Below are positions 48,580 to 59,800 of a DNA stretch of 64,000 bases, in pieces. Both the position numbers and the translations under genes were made by a program. The first letter of the stretch is position 1. Each line of letters begins with the position of its first letter. The DNA lies in sequence record NZ_CP069398.1. The stretch is one strand, 5' to 3'. The notes under the pieces are model-generated. The model did not search any database, was not told the origin of the DNA, and saw only the letters and a program-made list of their open reading frames with translations. This DNA comes from a plasmid.

Positions 48580-48909
48580 ATGAACTTAATGAATCAGACA
48601 GAACTGAAAGGACACCTTTATAAACTTGAAGAGAAATTATTACAACCAAGTGTTCGAAAATCTATTGAAGAGTTAGATAATCTTTTAGCAGATGAATTTA
48701 TGGAATATGGAAGTTCAGGGCAGATTTTTTATAAAGAAATAACAATGAACAGGCTTCCTTATGAGACAACTGTTAAAATGACAATGATGGATTTTGAAAT
48801 GAAATTATTAGCCTCTAACGTGGCTTTAACAACGTTTAAATTACTCAAACATAATAATATGCAATACTCTTTACGTAGTTCAATATGGAAATTGAAAGAA
48901 GAGAAATAG
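48580..48909 (+). CDS. NTF2-like/DUF4440-like hypothetical protein
   Basis: 109 aa. Confidence 0.35.
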   Translation: MNLMNQTELKGHLYKLEEKLLQPSVRKSIEELDNLLADEFMEYGSSGQIFYKEITMNRLPYETTVKMTMMDFEMKLLASNVALTTFKLLKHNNMQYSLRSSIWKLKEEK

Positions 48910-49580
48910 CAAATGATATTTCATCAAGGAACTCCTACAACATTATCATAGAAAGACACTGCCGATAATTGGTATTATGGTGCGACAAGAAGTCGCTTTC
49001 TTACAGTGTAGCTAACGCTACTCATCTAGACGCGAAGATGATCTCCATCCGAAACGGCATTCTTGGTAACGAGTCTGTCGGTTGCATGAGGAAATGTGGA
49101 AACAGAGGACAAATGCATGGTCCAGAATACTGCTAGGAGAAGATAGGTATGGTAAACAAAAGTGAAGGTTTGTAAGCTTCGTAAGGGTTAGCTCAAGATA
49201 ATGCACAGCTTTGCTTGGGTCTTGGCAAGAGGAAAAGTAGAATCATAATGCTGCTCTGATGCGTCCCGCATCTTGCCCGGAGTAAAGAACCTACCTACCC
49301 CTATCGCATCTGTAGGAAGTGGAACTTGGTAAGCCCTATGTCATCTGCATAAGCAGTAGGATGACTGTAAAGTCAAACGATGTGGCAGAGGGTATGGGAT
49401 ATGAGAAAAAGCGAAAGCCGTTACCCTGAAAAGGGACAGGAAAGCAGAAACACTGTATAACTGGACGGATACTGTCGTCTCTATTGACAATGACAGGCTC
49501 GAAAGAGCGCCCACTTCTCATTGGTCTTCAACACGAAAATAAATTTGTGGCTATCTTCTAACGAAAAGGAGCGTGCTGTT

Positions 49581-50163
49581 ATGAATACCTCTCTACGAGC
49601 GTCGGCGCACGTCTCGCATAAAGATTGGTACTCTATTGATTGGAGTATTATACAAAAATATGTAGCGAAGTTACGACAAAGAATTTATCGTGCCGAACAG
49701 CAAAATCAACAAAGAAAAGTAAGGAAACTTCAACGTTTACTCCTACGGAGTAAAGCAAATCTGCTGCTTTCCATTCGCAGAGTAACACAACAAAACAACG
49801 GTAAGCGAACACCTGGTGTAGATGGCTATACGGCTTTAAAACCAAGCGAACGTATCAAACTTTATAAACAGATAGTTAAATGTAATGTCTTCCGACATCG
49901 TCCAAAGCCAGCAAAACGAACGTTTATCCCGAAGAAAAATGGAAAAATGAGACCTCTCGGTATCCCCACGATACGAGATCGAGTGTATCAAAACATAGTA
50001 AAAAACGCACTCGAACCACAATGGGAGGTCAAGTTTGAACCAACTTCTTACGGTTTTCGTCCTAAACGAAGCACACACGATGCTATAAGTAATCTTTTTA
50101 ATAAGCTTAACACGAATAGTAAGAAAAAGTGGGTATTTGAGGGAGATTTTTTAGGATGCTTTG
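49581..50163 (+). pseudogene. Intron A copy 1 RT/maturase ORF, 5' part (interrupted by intron B)
   Basis: RT domains 0-4 (RPLGIPTIRDRVYQ). The ORF stops 2 codons into intron B (GDFLGCF|GA*). Confidence 0.75.
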
Positions 50164-52795
50164 GTGCGTGACGTTAATCTGAAATTTCAATAGAAATATT
50201 GATTGGGATGATTTAGTAATAAACTGCAATTCTGATAGAGGGAATGAAAGCCGTCATGTTGAGCTGAAACCTCTACACTGATACTCCCATGTGCAGAAAG
50301 AAAGGCTAATTTTGGACTGTTTAGTAGCTGGGTAAAGTCGATGAAATCTAATGGAATTCAACATTAGGTCAGAGTAATCGGGTGGTGATAGTACATGGTG
50401 AGAATGTTCTTTTAGAACCGACGAACTTCCGAATGTACAGGTCCTTAACCTAGGGATTTCCTGAGATGGATTTCTTGCCTCACACTGAGGTAGTTGGTGG
50501 AGTGAAGTAAAAATCGAAGCTATGAAACACTCTGTGTTTAACAATGAAAACAATGTGCCAACGGGCTTATAGGAAGCACCTAACTACTATCTATACTAGG
50601 AACTGTGGAACGTCAGAAACTAGAAACTGAGGTCTTCTTCGGAAGGAAAACGATTAGCCTCGAACAGGTGTATTGAAAACCTCACGGTATAAGATACTTT
50701 ATTCTAGTGAAAGTGGTGCCATAGTACCAATGAAACTGCTAATCATAGTTGAGGGAGGGGCACTAGTCAATCCTATTTTATTAGTAACTCATACAATAGT
50801 TGAACTTCTATCTTCGAGTATGACAGGGAAAGCATCTCCTAGGAGGTGTCCCAATAGAAGGCTTATGAACAAATACAGGTATTCAGATTACTACAATATG
50901 ACGCCCATATTTGATGAACTCTATCAGAAATCGAGTGAAAACAAGAAATTCAAAAAACTGATGGATGTAATCCAATCGGATAACAACATTAAGCTCGCTT
51001 TCAGAATGATAAAATCAAATACTGGTTCAAAAACAGCTGGAACTGATGGACTAACCATCCAAAATATTAAAGAAAATAATATTGATGAATACGTCCAGCA
51101 AGTACGTAATAAGCTTAACAACTTCAGTCCAGATGAAGTCAGAAGGGTTCATATCCCTAAGGAAAATAGCAAAGAAAAAAGACCGTTAGGTATTCCCACG
51201 ATGATAGACAGACTGATTCAACAATCGATTAAACAAGTTCTAGAGCCTATATGTGAAGCGAAATTCCATCCACATAGTTATGGGTTCAGACCTAACAGAA
51301 GTACAAATCATGCTCTGGTAAGAATGAGTTCATTGGTTAATGTAGGTCATTTTTATCATGTTGTGGACATCGATATTAAGGGGTTCTTTGATAACGTAAG
51401 CCATAACAAATTGATTAAACAAATGTACTCGCTAGGTATCCATGATAGAAAACTTCTATCGGTTATTAAATCAATGTTGAAAGCCCCAATCGCTGGAGAA
51501 GGTATTCCAACCAAGGGAACACCGCAAGGTGGAATCCTTAGTCCCCTTCTCTCTAACATAGTTCTTAACGAACTAGATTGGTGGATTAGCTCACAGTGGG
51601 AAACGTTCAAAACCAAATCTAACTATTCAAATGACTCAAACAGATATAGAGCTATCAACAAAACAAAATTGAAAAAGATTTTCATCATTAGATATGCAGA
51701 CGACTTTAAGATTATGTGCAAAACTCATAAACAGGCTCAGAACATATATCATGCAGTCAAAGATTGGTTGAAACAAAGACTTGGTTTAGATATAAGCCCT
51801 GACAAATCCAAAGTCATTAACTTAAAAAGAAATCCTTCGGATTTTCTCGGATTTGAAATTAGAGCAGTTAAAAAGAGTGGAAAATATGTTGCGTACTCTC
51901 ATGTTAAGTCGAAAGCTAAGGTTAGAATCAGGAAACAATTAACAGAACAAGTTAAGAAAATCCAGAAGAAACCTTCGCCTGAAAACATTAAGCGATTAAA
52001 CGCAATCATATTAGGACTCCATGTTTACTATAAGTCCGCAACTCACGTCTGGAAAGACTTTGGAGAAATTGCTTACCCTGTATATAGGATGATGTTCAAC
52101 CGTCTGAAAAAGTTATCTAAATATGAAAAGGTTAAGAAAAAGAACACTATTTTTGGGAAATTCTATGGAAAATGCGATGCAAAAACATGGACGATTAGTG
52201 GAATTTCCATATTCCCTATTCACTATGTGCATTCGCAGAACATCATGTGCATTCGCAAGACACATGTGATTATACAAACAAAGGTAGACAGAAATCTACC
52301 AAGGCACTGAAAAATCAAACCGATATTAAAGTCATAGAACTTGCGAAAAACTACGTCAAAGAACGAAGCATACAATACAACGATAATCGTATAGCTCGTG
52401 CGTCGATGTGCAGTTTTAAATGTGAACTAACTGGAATGGAACTTGAAGTTAAAGATGTGCACGCACATCACAAAATACCTATTAAATTAGGTGGAACGGA
52501 TGAATACGATAATTTAATAATTGTTCATAAAGATATCCATAGACTTATTCATGCAACATCTGAAACAGTAATAAACAAGCACATTAACCTTATTCATAAC
52601 AAGCAAAAGCTTAAAAAGCTGAATACTTTAAGGGCATATTGTAAACTAGAAGCCATTTCAATGGCTTCAGAGGATAATAATAAAATAGCTTGATGGAACG
52701 CCGTATGCAGGGAAACTTGCACGTACGGTGTGAGGTGGGGGAAAAGTAAGTATCGTCACAGGTAATGCTGTCGAGAACACTTACCTATCACGCAT
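50164..52795 (+). mobile_element. Group II intron B (2,632 bp), inserted inside the IEP ORF of intron A
   Basis: 5' GTGCGTGACG. Domain V-like GAACGCCGTATGCAGGGAAACTTGCACGTACGGTG. Ends ...CGCAT. Excising it joins ...GGATGCTTTG|ACCATCTTAATCATGATTGG to give DFLGCFDHLNHDWIVEQT, which matches copy 2 (DFSGCFDHLNHNWIMEQT). Confidence 0.8.
50673..52693 (+). pseudogene. Intron B IEP (RT, maturase X, HNH endonuclease), frameshifted by a 20-bp tandem duplication
   Basis: RT motifs (RPLGIPTMIDRLIQ, YADDF) lie in the 545-aa ORF and the HNH domain (HAHHKIPIKLGGTDEYDNL) in the 148-aa ORF in the +2 frame. The tandem repeat atgtgcattcgca(g/a)a at 52225..52264 causes the shift. The true start is probably an internal Met near 50865. 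Confidence 0.75.
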
Positions 52796-53862
52796 ACCAT
52801 CTTAATCATGATTGGATAGTAGAACAAACATCTATGTTTCCAGGAAACACTCTCATCAAAAGATGGCTTAAAATGGGTTACATAGAGCAGGATATGCTTC
52901 GTACGACAACAGAAGGAACCCCTCAAGGGGGTATTGTGTCTCCCCTTCTAGCTAATATCGCCTTATGCGGTATGGAAGAAGAAATTGGTATTGTTTATAA
53001 AAAGACATACAAACCAAACGGAGGATACGCAATCGATCCAAAATGTAAGATAGGACGTGTTCTCTATGCCGATGACTTTGTCATCGTAACGGAAACGAAG
53101 GAAAAGGCTGAAAGCATGTATGAGAAACTAACTCCTTACTTACAAAAGCGAGGAATTACACTTAGTAAAGAGAAAACTAGAGTTACACATATTGAGAACG
53201 GGTTTGATTTTCTCGGTTTCTCGCTGCGTCAATACAAGACGGAACAAGGTAATAAGCTACTAATCAAACCTAGCAGAGACAGCATTAAAAAAGCAAAAAA
53301 TAAGATAAAAGATACGTTCGCATTAATGAGAGGACGCCCAATAAAAGAACTAATACGTGTTTTAAATCCAATTATTCGTGGTTACGGACAGTATTGGAAA
53401 CATGTCGTTTCTAAAAAGACGTTTGGATATATGGATAATTACTTATTCCTTAAAATAACAAAACACCTTAAACGACTACATCCAAAGAAGGCGTGGAAAT
53501 GGATTATTAAACGTTATTTTAAGAAGCCCAACCATGGAGGGAATGATAAATGGACTCTCACATGTCCACTTACTAACATTCAATTGTTAAAGATGTCTTG
53601 GATTAAAATAGAACGGCATGTCATGGTAGCCTATAAAAACAGCCCAGATGATCTGAGTCTAAGAGAGTATTGGGAAAAACGAGACCGTAAGGTCTTTAAT
53701 AATGAAAATACATTGGATAGGATGAAACTCGCAAGAAAACAAGGATATCGTTGTGCATTGTGTAAGCAGACTTTACAAAATGGAGAGAAAGTTACAGTGC
53801 GAAACTTAGAGGTTTCTACAGGTGAATTTGCTAAATTAGTACATGTACCATGTATTAAATAA
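52796..53862 (+). pseudogene. Intron A copy 1 RT/maturase ORF, 3' part (RT5-7, X, C-terminal Cys motif)
   Basis: YADDFVIV. The C-terminus CALCKQ...HVPCIK is about 93% identical to copy 2. Confidence 0.75.
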
Positions 53863-54108
53863 ACAAGTTGTTCGGATAAAAAGAAGGCTTGAGCCGTATG
53901 ACGGGAAATCTGTCACGTACGGTTCTTAGGGGGGCGGGCGCTCGTGAGAGTGCCTGCCTACCCGACTTAACTAAGGATGGATGAAGTATACATGTAGTTA
54001 TGCTCATCTTTTAGGGTCTGCTACTAAGTTTCATGGAAAATAAAGTATGTACTTTGCTTTCTGATAAGTTTAAAATTATTTAGAAGATTCTTTTAAGAGG
54101 TGTAACTT

Positions 54109-54522
54109 ATGAGTATAGAAGAAGAATTGTATAATTCAGCAATTGATTTTGTTCAAAAGCGTTACCCCAAAGGATGGGGAGGAGCAGCAGCCATGAGGCT
54201 AGAAGACGGACAAGTATTAATTAGTGTTGCTCCTGAAGTAATTAATGCTTCAACAGAGTTATGTATGGAAACAGGTGCTATCTGTGAAGCCCATAAGCTT
54301 GGTTTAAAGGTTACTCATAGTATTTGCGTTGCCAGAGATGATGAGAATTCAAATTTTAAAGTATTAACTCCTTGTGGGGTATGCCAAGAGCGTTTGTTTT
54401 ATTGGGGATCAGAGGTTAAAGCAGGTATCTATTCTGCTGAAAACAATCTATTATTCAAAACTTTAAAAGAAATTCAACCATATCACTGGTATGAAGCTTA
54501 CCAAGAAGAAGCTCATCAATAA
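54109..54522 (+). CDS. Cytidine/deoxycytidylate deaminase-family protein (small Cdd/blasticidin-S-deaminase-like)
   Basis: Zinc-binding motifs C-E-A-H (ICEAH) and PCGVCQERL. 137 aa. Confidence 0.55.
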   Translation: MSIEEELYNSAIDFVQKRYPKGWGGAAAMRLEDGQVLISVAPEVINASTELCMETGAICEAHKLGLKVTHSICVARDDENSNFKVLTPCGVCQERLFYWGSEVKAGIYSAENNLLFKTLKEIQPYHWYEAYQEEAHQ

Positions 54523-54676
54523 GTAAGAGAGAATACTATATTTTTAGTGTTCTCTCTTTTTGTTTCCGATAAATCTTGATTATGTTAACTAAATATGTAT
54601 AAAGTATACATATTTAAAACTATAAAGGTTTTTTTTGAAATGAACAGAATTATATCATTGTAATTAGTACAAGGCG

Positions 54677-55279
54677 GTGATTAAAATGAACCTTTTTCAA
54701 CAATTAGTCGATTCTATACATAGAATTTCTAAAAAACAATCTACACTTTTATTAGGAATTGATGGCTGTGGGGGTTCTGGAAAAAGTACATTAGCTGAAA
54801 AGTTAAAAGAAGAGTTTGCTAATGTGACCATTGTTCATATGGATGATTTTTATCTTCCTTCTAACCAAATTATAAATACTCATCCAACCAAAAAGCCTAT
54901 TGGTGCAGACTTTGATTGGGAACGTTTATTAAATGATGTGCTAAAGCCAATTAGTCAAGAAATAGAAGGACGATATCAGCGATATGATTGGGAAAAGGAT
55001 GATTTAGCAGAATGGCATGTAGTGCCTATCGGCGGAATTGTCATCATTGAAGGCGTATATTCAACTCGTAGAGAATTAAAAAATAAATATGATTTTACTG
55101 TTTGGGTTGATTGTTCGAGGGAAATAAGGCTAGCTAGGGGAATTCAAAGAGATGGAGATGCTTCTAGGGACATATGGGAAAATAATTGGATGATTTCTGA
55201 AGATATCTATGTAAAAGAACATGAACCCAATAAAAGATCAGACTTTATTATACCTGGAACTGGAAAGGATAGAGGATAA
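54677..55279 (+). CDS. P-loop nucleoside/uridine-kinase-like protein
   Basis: Walker A GIDGCGGSGKSTLA. 200 aa. Confidence 0.5.
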   Translation: MIKMNLFQQLVDSIHRISKKQSTLLLGIDGCGGSGKSTLAEKLKEEFANVTIVHMDDFYLPSNQIINTHPTKKPIGADFDWERLLNDVLKPISQEIEGRYQRYDWEKDDLAEWHVVPIGGIVIIEGVYSTRRELKNKYDFTVWVDCSREIRLARGIQRDGDASRDIWENNWMISEDIYVKEHEPNKRSDFIIPGTGKDRG

Positions 55280-55433
55280 CTTGATAGTTATCCTCTTGTT
55301 TACTGTTTGAGTGCCGATAAGGCACATTATGTTGACTAGCATACATTATGTTTCAACTGTTAAATAAAAGATTAATTTCTATATATTGTGTTATAATTCT
55401 AAGCATGTATTAAAGTTATAGAGGAGTTTTCAA

Positions 55434-55988
55434 TTGAAACGTAAAGAGATTTTTTCATGGGTTAAATCAATTATTATTGCTTGTATTTTAGCTTTTGTTG
55501 TAAGAGAGTACATACTTGCCCCTATAGTAGTGGACGGTGAGTCAATGATGCCAACTCTAAAAAACGATGAACATATTATTCTTAATGAAGTGGGTAAAAA
55601 TAAGGCAAGTAATATAAAGAGATTTGATATTATTGTTTTCCATGCTACAAAGGAAAAAGATTATATTAAAAGGGTAATTGGTTTACCTGGTGATCATATA
55701 GAATATCGTAATGATACGCTATATGTAAACGGGAAAAAATATGAGGAACCTTATTTAAATCAATACAAAAAGGAAATAGTAAAAGGTCTATTAACTCAGG
55801 ATTTTAAACTCGAAGAGTCTACAGGCAGTAAAACAGTTCCAGAAGGCCAATTGTTTGTCATGGGAGATAATAGAAAGTATAGCTTAGATAGTAGGTCCCC
55901 TAAGGTAGGGACAATTTCAGTAGATAAAATTGTAGGGAAAGCTAAATTAGCTTATTGGCCTCTGAAAGAAGTTCAATGGATAAAGTAA
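55434..55988 (+). CDS. Signal peptidase I
   Basis: Probable TTG start. Catalytic Ser region DGESMMPTL, Lys box KRVIGLPGD, motif GDNRKYSLDSR. Confidence 0.85.
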   Translation: MKRKEIFSWVKSIIIACILAFVVREYILAPIVVDGESMMPTLKNDEHIILNEVGKNKASNIKRFDIIVFHATKEKDYIKRVIGLPGDHIEYRNDTLYVNGKKYEEPYLNQYKKEIVKGLLTQDFKLEESTGSKTVPEGQLFVMGDNRKYSLDSRSPKVGTISVDKIVGKAKLAYWPLKEVQWIK

Positions 55989-55996
55989 AGTCTTTA

Positions 55997-56027
55997 AAAG
56001 TTCCCTGATAAGTGGGAACTTTTTTAT
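55997..56027 (+). terminator. Rho-independent terminator of the signal peptidase gene, 24 bp upstream of the intron A copy 2 insertion site
   Basis: aaagttccc-tgataagt-gggaacttttttat. Confidence 0.65.
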
Positions 56028-56050
56028 TTGTTCCGGTAATTGGTTTTATG

Positions 56051-58405
56051 GTGCGACAAGAAGTCGCTTTCTTACAGTGTAGCTAACGCTACTCATCTAG
56101 ACGCAGAGATGATCTCCATCCGAAACGGCATTCTTGGTAACGAGTCTGTCGGTTGCATAAGGAAATGTGGAAACAGAGGACAAATGCATGGTCCGGAATA
56201 CTGCTAGGAGAAGATAGGTATGGTAAACGAAAGTGAAGGTTTATAAGCTTCGTCACAGTTAGCTCAAGATAATGCATATTCTTGCTTGGGTCTTGGTAAG
56301 AGGAAAAGTAGAATCATAAAGCTACTCTAATGCGTCCCGCATCTTGCCCGGAGTAAAGAACCTGCCTACCCCCGTCGAATCTGGAGGAAGTGGAACTTGG
56401 TAAGCCCTACGTCATCTGCATAAGCAGTAGGATGACTGCAAAGTCAAACAATGTGACAGAGGGTATGGGATATGAGAAAAAGCAAAAGCCGTTACCCTGA
56501 AAAGGAACAGGAAGGCAGAATCACTGTATAACTGGACGGATACTGTCGGCTCTACAGACAATGACAGGCTCGAAAGAGCGCCTACTTCTCATAGGTCTTC
56601 AACACGAAAATAAATTTGTGGCTATCTTCTAACGAAAAGGAGCGTGCTGTTATGAATACCTCTCTACGAGCGTCGGCGCACGTCTCGCATAAAGATTGGT
56701 ACTCTATTGATTGGAGTATTATACAAAGGTATGTAGCGAAGTTACGACAAAGAATTTATCGTGCCGAACAACAAAATCAACAAAGAAGAGTAAGGAAACT
56801 TCAACGTTTACTCCTTCGGAGTAAAGCAAATCTACTGCTTTCTATTCGCAGAGTAACACAACAAAATAACGGTAAGCGAACACCTGGTGTAGATGGCTAT
56901 ACGGCCTCAAAACCAAATGAACGTATCAAACTTTATCAACAACTAGTTCAATGCAATGTCTTTCGACATCGTCCAAAACCAGCAAAAAGAACATTTATTC
57001 CGAAGAAAAACGGAAAGCTACGACCTTTGGGCATTCCTACGATACGAGATCGAGTCTATCAAAACGTAGTAAAAAACGCACTCGAACCCCAATGGGAGTT
57101 TAAGTTTGAGCCCACATCCTATGGTTTTCGTCCTAAACGAAGTACACACGATGCTATAAGTAATCTTTTTAATAAGCTTAACACCAATAGTAAGAAAAAG
57201 TGGGTGTTTGAGGGAGATTTCTCAGGATGTTTCGATCATCTTAACCATAATTGGATAATGGAACAAACATCTATGTTTCCGGGGAGCACTCTCATTAAAA
57301 GGTGGCTTAATATGGGATACATAGAGCAGGATATGCTTCATATGACAATAGAAGGAACCCCCCAAGGGGGGATTGTGTCTCCCCTTCTAGCTAATATCGC
57401 CTTATGTGGTATGGAAGAAGAGATTGGTATTGTTTATAAAAAGACTTACAAACCAAACGGAGGATACGCAATTGATCCAAAATGTAAGATAGGGCGTGTT
57501 CTATACGCAGATGATTTCGTCATCGTAACGGAAACGAAGGAAAAAGCTGAAAGTATGTATGGGAAACTCACCCCTTACTTACGAAAACGAGGAATTACAC
57601 TTAGCATGGATAAAACTAAAGTTACACATATCGAGGGCGGGTTTGATTTTCTTGGCTTCTCGCTGCGTCAATACAATACGGGACAAGGAAAGAAGTTATT
57701 TATCAAACCTAGCAGAGACAGCATTAAAAAGGCTAAAAACAAGATAAAAGATACGTTCTCTGTGATGAGAGGACGACCAGTAAAAGAACTAATACGTGTT
57801 TTAAACCCGATTATTCGTGGCTACGGCCAGTATTGGAAACATGTCGTATCCAAAAAGACTTACAGCTATATGGACAATTATATTTTCCTAAAAGTGAGAA
57901 AACACCTTAAACAATTGCATCCAAAGAAGTCGAGAAAATGGATTAGCAATCGTTATTTTAAGAAGCCCCACCACGGTGGAAATAATAAATGGATTCTCAC
58001 GTGTCCACTTACTAACATTCAACTGTTAAAGATGTCCTGGATTAAGATAGAACGGCATGTCATGGTAGCCTATAAAAACAGCCCAGATGATCCGAGTCTA
58101 AGAGAGTATTGGGAAAAACGAGACCGTAAGGTCTTTAATAGTGAAAATACATTGGATAGGATGAAACTCGCAAGAAAACAAGGATATCGTTGTGCATTGT
58201 GTAAGCAGACTCTACAAAATGGAGAGACAGTTACAGTGCGAAAACTAAAGGTTTCTAGAGGTGAATTTGCTAAATTAGTACATGTACCATGTATTAAATA
58301 AATAAGTTGTTCGGATAAAAAGAAGGCTTGAGCCGTATGACAGGAAATCTGTCACGTACGGTTCTTAGGGGGGCGGGCGCTCGTGAGAGTACCTGCCTAC
58401 CCGAC
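56051..58405 (+). mobile_element. Group II intron A, copy 2 (2,355 bp, intact)
   Basis: Same 5' GTGCGACAAGAAGTCGC and 3' domain V/VI as copy 1. Single uninterrupted IEP ORF. Confidence 0.8.
56652..58301 (+). CDS. Group II intron-encoded reverse transcriptase/maturase (intact)
   Basis: RBS AAAAGGAG 8 nt upstream of the ATG at 56652. RT motifs RPLGIPTIRDRVYQ and YADDFVIV. Maturase domain. C-terminal CxxC...HxPC cluster but no canonical HNH domain. Confidence 0.8.
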   Translation: MNTSLRASAHVSHKDWYSIDWSIIQRYVAKLRQRIYRAEQQNQQRRVRKLQRLLLRSKANLLLSIRRVTQQNNGKRTPGVDGYTASKPNERIKLYQQLVQCNVFRHRPKPAKRTFIPKKNGKLRPLGIPTIRDRVYQNVVKNALEPQWEFKFEPTSYGFRPKRSTHDAISNLFNKLNTNSKKKWVFEGDFSGCFDHLNHNWIMEQTSMFPGSTLIKRWLNMGYIEQDMLHMTIEGTPQGGIVSPLLANIALCGMEEEIGIVYKKTYKPNGGYAIDPKCKIGRVLYADDFVIVTETKEKAESMYGKLTPYLRKRGITLSMDKTKVTHIEGGFDFLGFSLRQYNTGQGKKLFIKPSRDSIKKAKNKIKDTFSVMRGRPVKELIRVLNPIIRGYGQYWKHVVSKKTYSYMDNYIFLKVRKHLKQLHPKKSRKWISNRYFKKPHHGGNNKWILTCPLTNIQLLKMSWIKIERHVMVAYKNSPDDPSLREYWEKRDRKVFNSENTLDRMKLARKQGYRCALCKQTLQNGETVTVRKLKVSRGEFAKLVHVPCIK

Positions 58406-58498
58406 TAAACTGGAATTGAATATCATATTAACAATGTTTTCCATCCTTATATTTGATAAAATGGAACAAATAAGGTGGTTATATTTAGGGGGATGAGG

Positions 58499-58891
58499 AT
58501 GAAAAAGATATTTTTTATTGCTGCCATATTGTTTCTAATGTGTGGCTGCCAAAGTAAAGATAAGGAGACTTTAGTTTTTACAGGCAAAAGCGATAATTGG
58601 ACAATAAAAGAGACTATAAAGCCAATATCAGATAAAGATAAAGGCGAACCAAAGACTATTAAGTTGACTTATACAGGCAAAGATAAGAAATCGGTTGGAG
58701 AGTTCAGTTTTAAATTAGAAGCACCAAACGGCCAATGGGGTGTTTCCATTATAGAGCTAGATAAAGAAGGGAAATTTGAAGAAAAAACAAATGCAATAGT
58801 CAACAGAGAAACATTGAAATCAGATAAACCTATAATAATTTTAAAATGGAATCATCAAAAAGAAGAGATTACATTAAAAAATAAAAACTAG
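58499..58891 (+). CDS. Lipoprotein (hypothetical)
   Basis: Signal peptide with lipobox LMCGC. RBS GGGGGA upstream of the ATG at 58499. Confidence 0.6.
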   Translation: MKKIFFIAAILFLMCGCQSKDKETLVFTGKSDNWTIKETIKPISDKDKGEPKTIKLTYTGKDKKSVGEFSFKLEAPNGQWGVSIIELDKEGKFEEKTNAIVNRETLKSDKPIIILKWNHQKEEITLKNKN

Positions 58892-58917
58892 CCATAAAGC
58901 TTATGGATGGTTTTTAT

Positions 58918-59121
58918 TTAGCTATCTATTCGTTTTAAAATTTTATGCTCTTCTTTTTCTGGAAAAGGTCTTACACCAAAGTAGTAACTAAAAACAAAAA
59001 AGATAACAACAATTACGGCAAAAATGAGCAACTTTTTTGAATAACCTTTAGAGTCGCTTTTATTCTCAAGTTCTTCTTTATATTTTTGTTGAATTTGTTT
59101 TTTCTTGTCATCTATTTTCAT
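58918..59121 (-). CDS. Small membrane protein
   Basis: 67 aa with one TM helix. Confidence 0.3.
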   Translation of the reverse strand: MKIDDKKKQIQQKYKEELENKSDSKGYSKKLLIFAVIVVIFFVFSYYFGVRPFPEKEEHKILKRIDS

Positions 59122-59222
59122 ATTTACTCCTAGACATAGTTTTTATCTAATTTTACCATAAAAGCCTATATTAGGTTAACTGAAGCTGTATAGAGTATTC
59201 GTTCATTTTTTATGTTTTTGAT

Positions 59223-59423
59223 GTGATAAAATGTAATTATAAGGAAAAAGGAGATGGTGAAATGGAATTTATCATGACTTTATTTGTTTTTCTTTTTTTG
59301 CTTGCAATTAGTTCAACATTAAATATACTTTTGAAAATGACAGATAAAAAGGATTGGATCATCTCTTTGCTATTAAGTATGGTTTTATCAATTACAATAG
59401 TTGCAGTTTTGGGGGCAACATAA
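59223..59423 (+). CDS. Small membrane protein
   Basis: 66 aa with two TM helices. A terminator-like hairpin lies downstream at about 59436..59476. Confidence 0.3.
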   Translation: MIKCNYKEKGDGEMEFIMTLFVFLFLLAISSTLNILLKMTDKKDWIISLLLSMVLSITIVAVLGAT

Positions 59424-59488
59424 AGATAAGAAGCCGTAGGAACTGCTTATTCCGACGGCTTTTTGTTTGATATTTATATATATTAGAT

Positions 59489-59800
59489 TTAACTAACTTC
59501 TACTTCCATGTAACGGATGCCAAAAAAGGTGTAATAGGTAACGCGATAATTTTCAATTGATTTTCCCTCTACGGTGTTCCACTGATGTCCATTTGATTTA
59601 GCTTGGTAACTTTGCACCATAAATTTGTCCAATGGTCTAAGTGACCATTTTCGGAAATCTCCTTCAAGTTGTTCAACCTTTTTTTCTTCTTTTGGGGAAC
59701 TTAAATCCTCTGCTTCATTACTTATTAATCGTGGTATACCCATAGCCAAAATAGTAATAATTCCAATGATAATGCTCCAATTCAACAAGTGTTTTTTCAT
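59489..59800 (-). CDS. Small secreted protein
   Basis: N-terminal signal/anchor MKKHLLNWSIIIGIITILAMG. Confidence 0.35.
   Translation of the reverse strand: MKKHLLNWSIIIGIITILAMGIPRLISNEAEDLSSPKEEKKVEQLEGDFRKWSLRPLDKFMVQSYQAKSNGHQWNTVEGKSIENYRVTYYTFFGIRYMEVEVS

Larger units (their letters stand above)
48980..53966 (+). mobile_element. Group II intron A, copy 1 (4,987 bp), carrying nested group II intron B (twintron)
   Basis: 5' end GTGCGACAAGAAGTCGC (GUGYG). Domain V GAGCCGTATG...CGTACGGTTC sits near the 3' end. It is 2,355 bp after removing 50164..52795, identical in length to copy 2. The IEP exon parts are 49581..50163 and 52796..53862. Confidence 0.8.
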
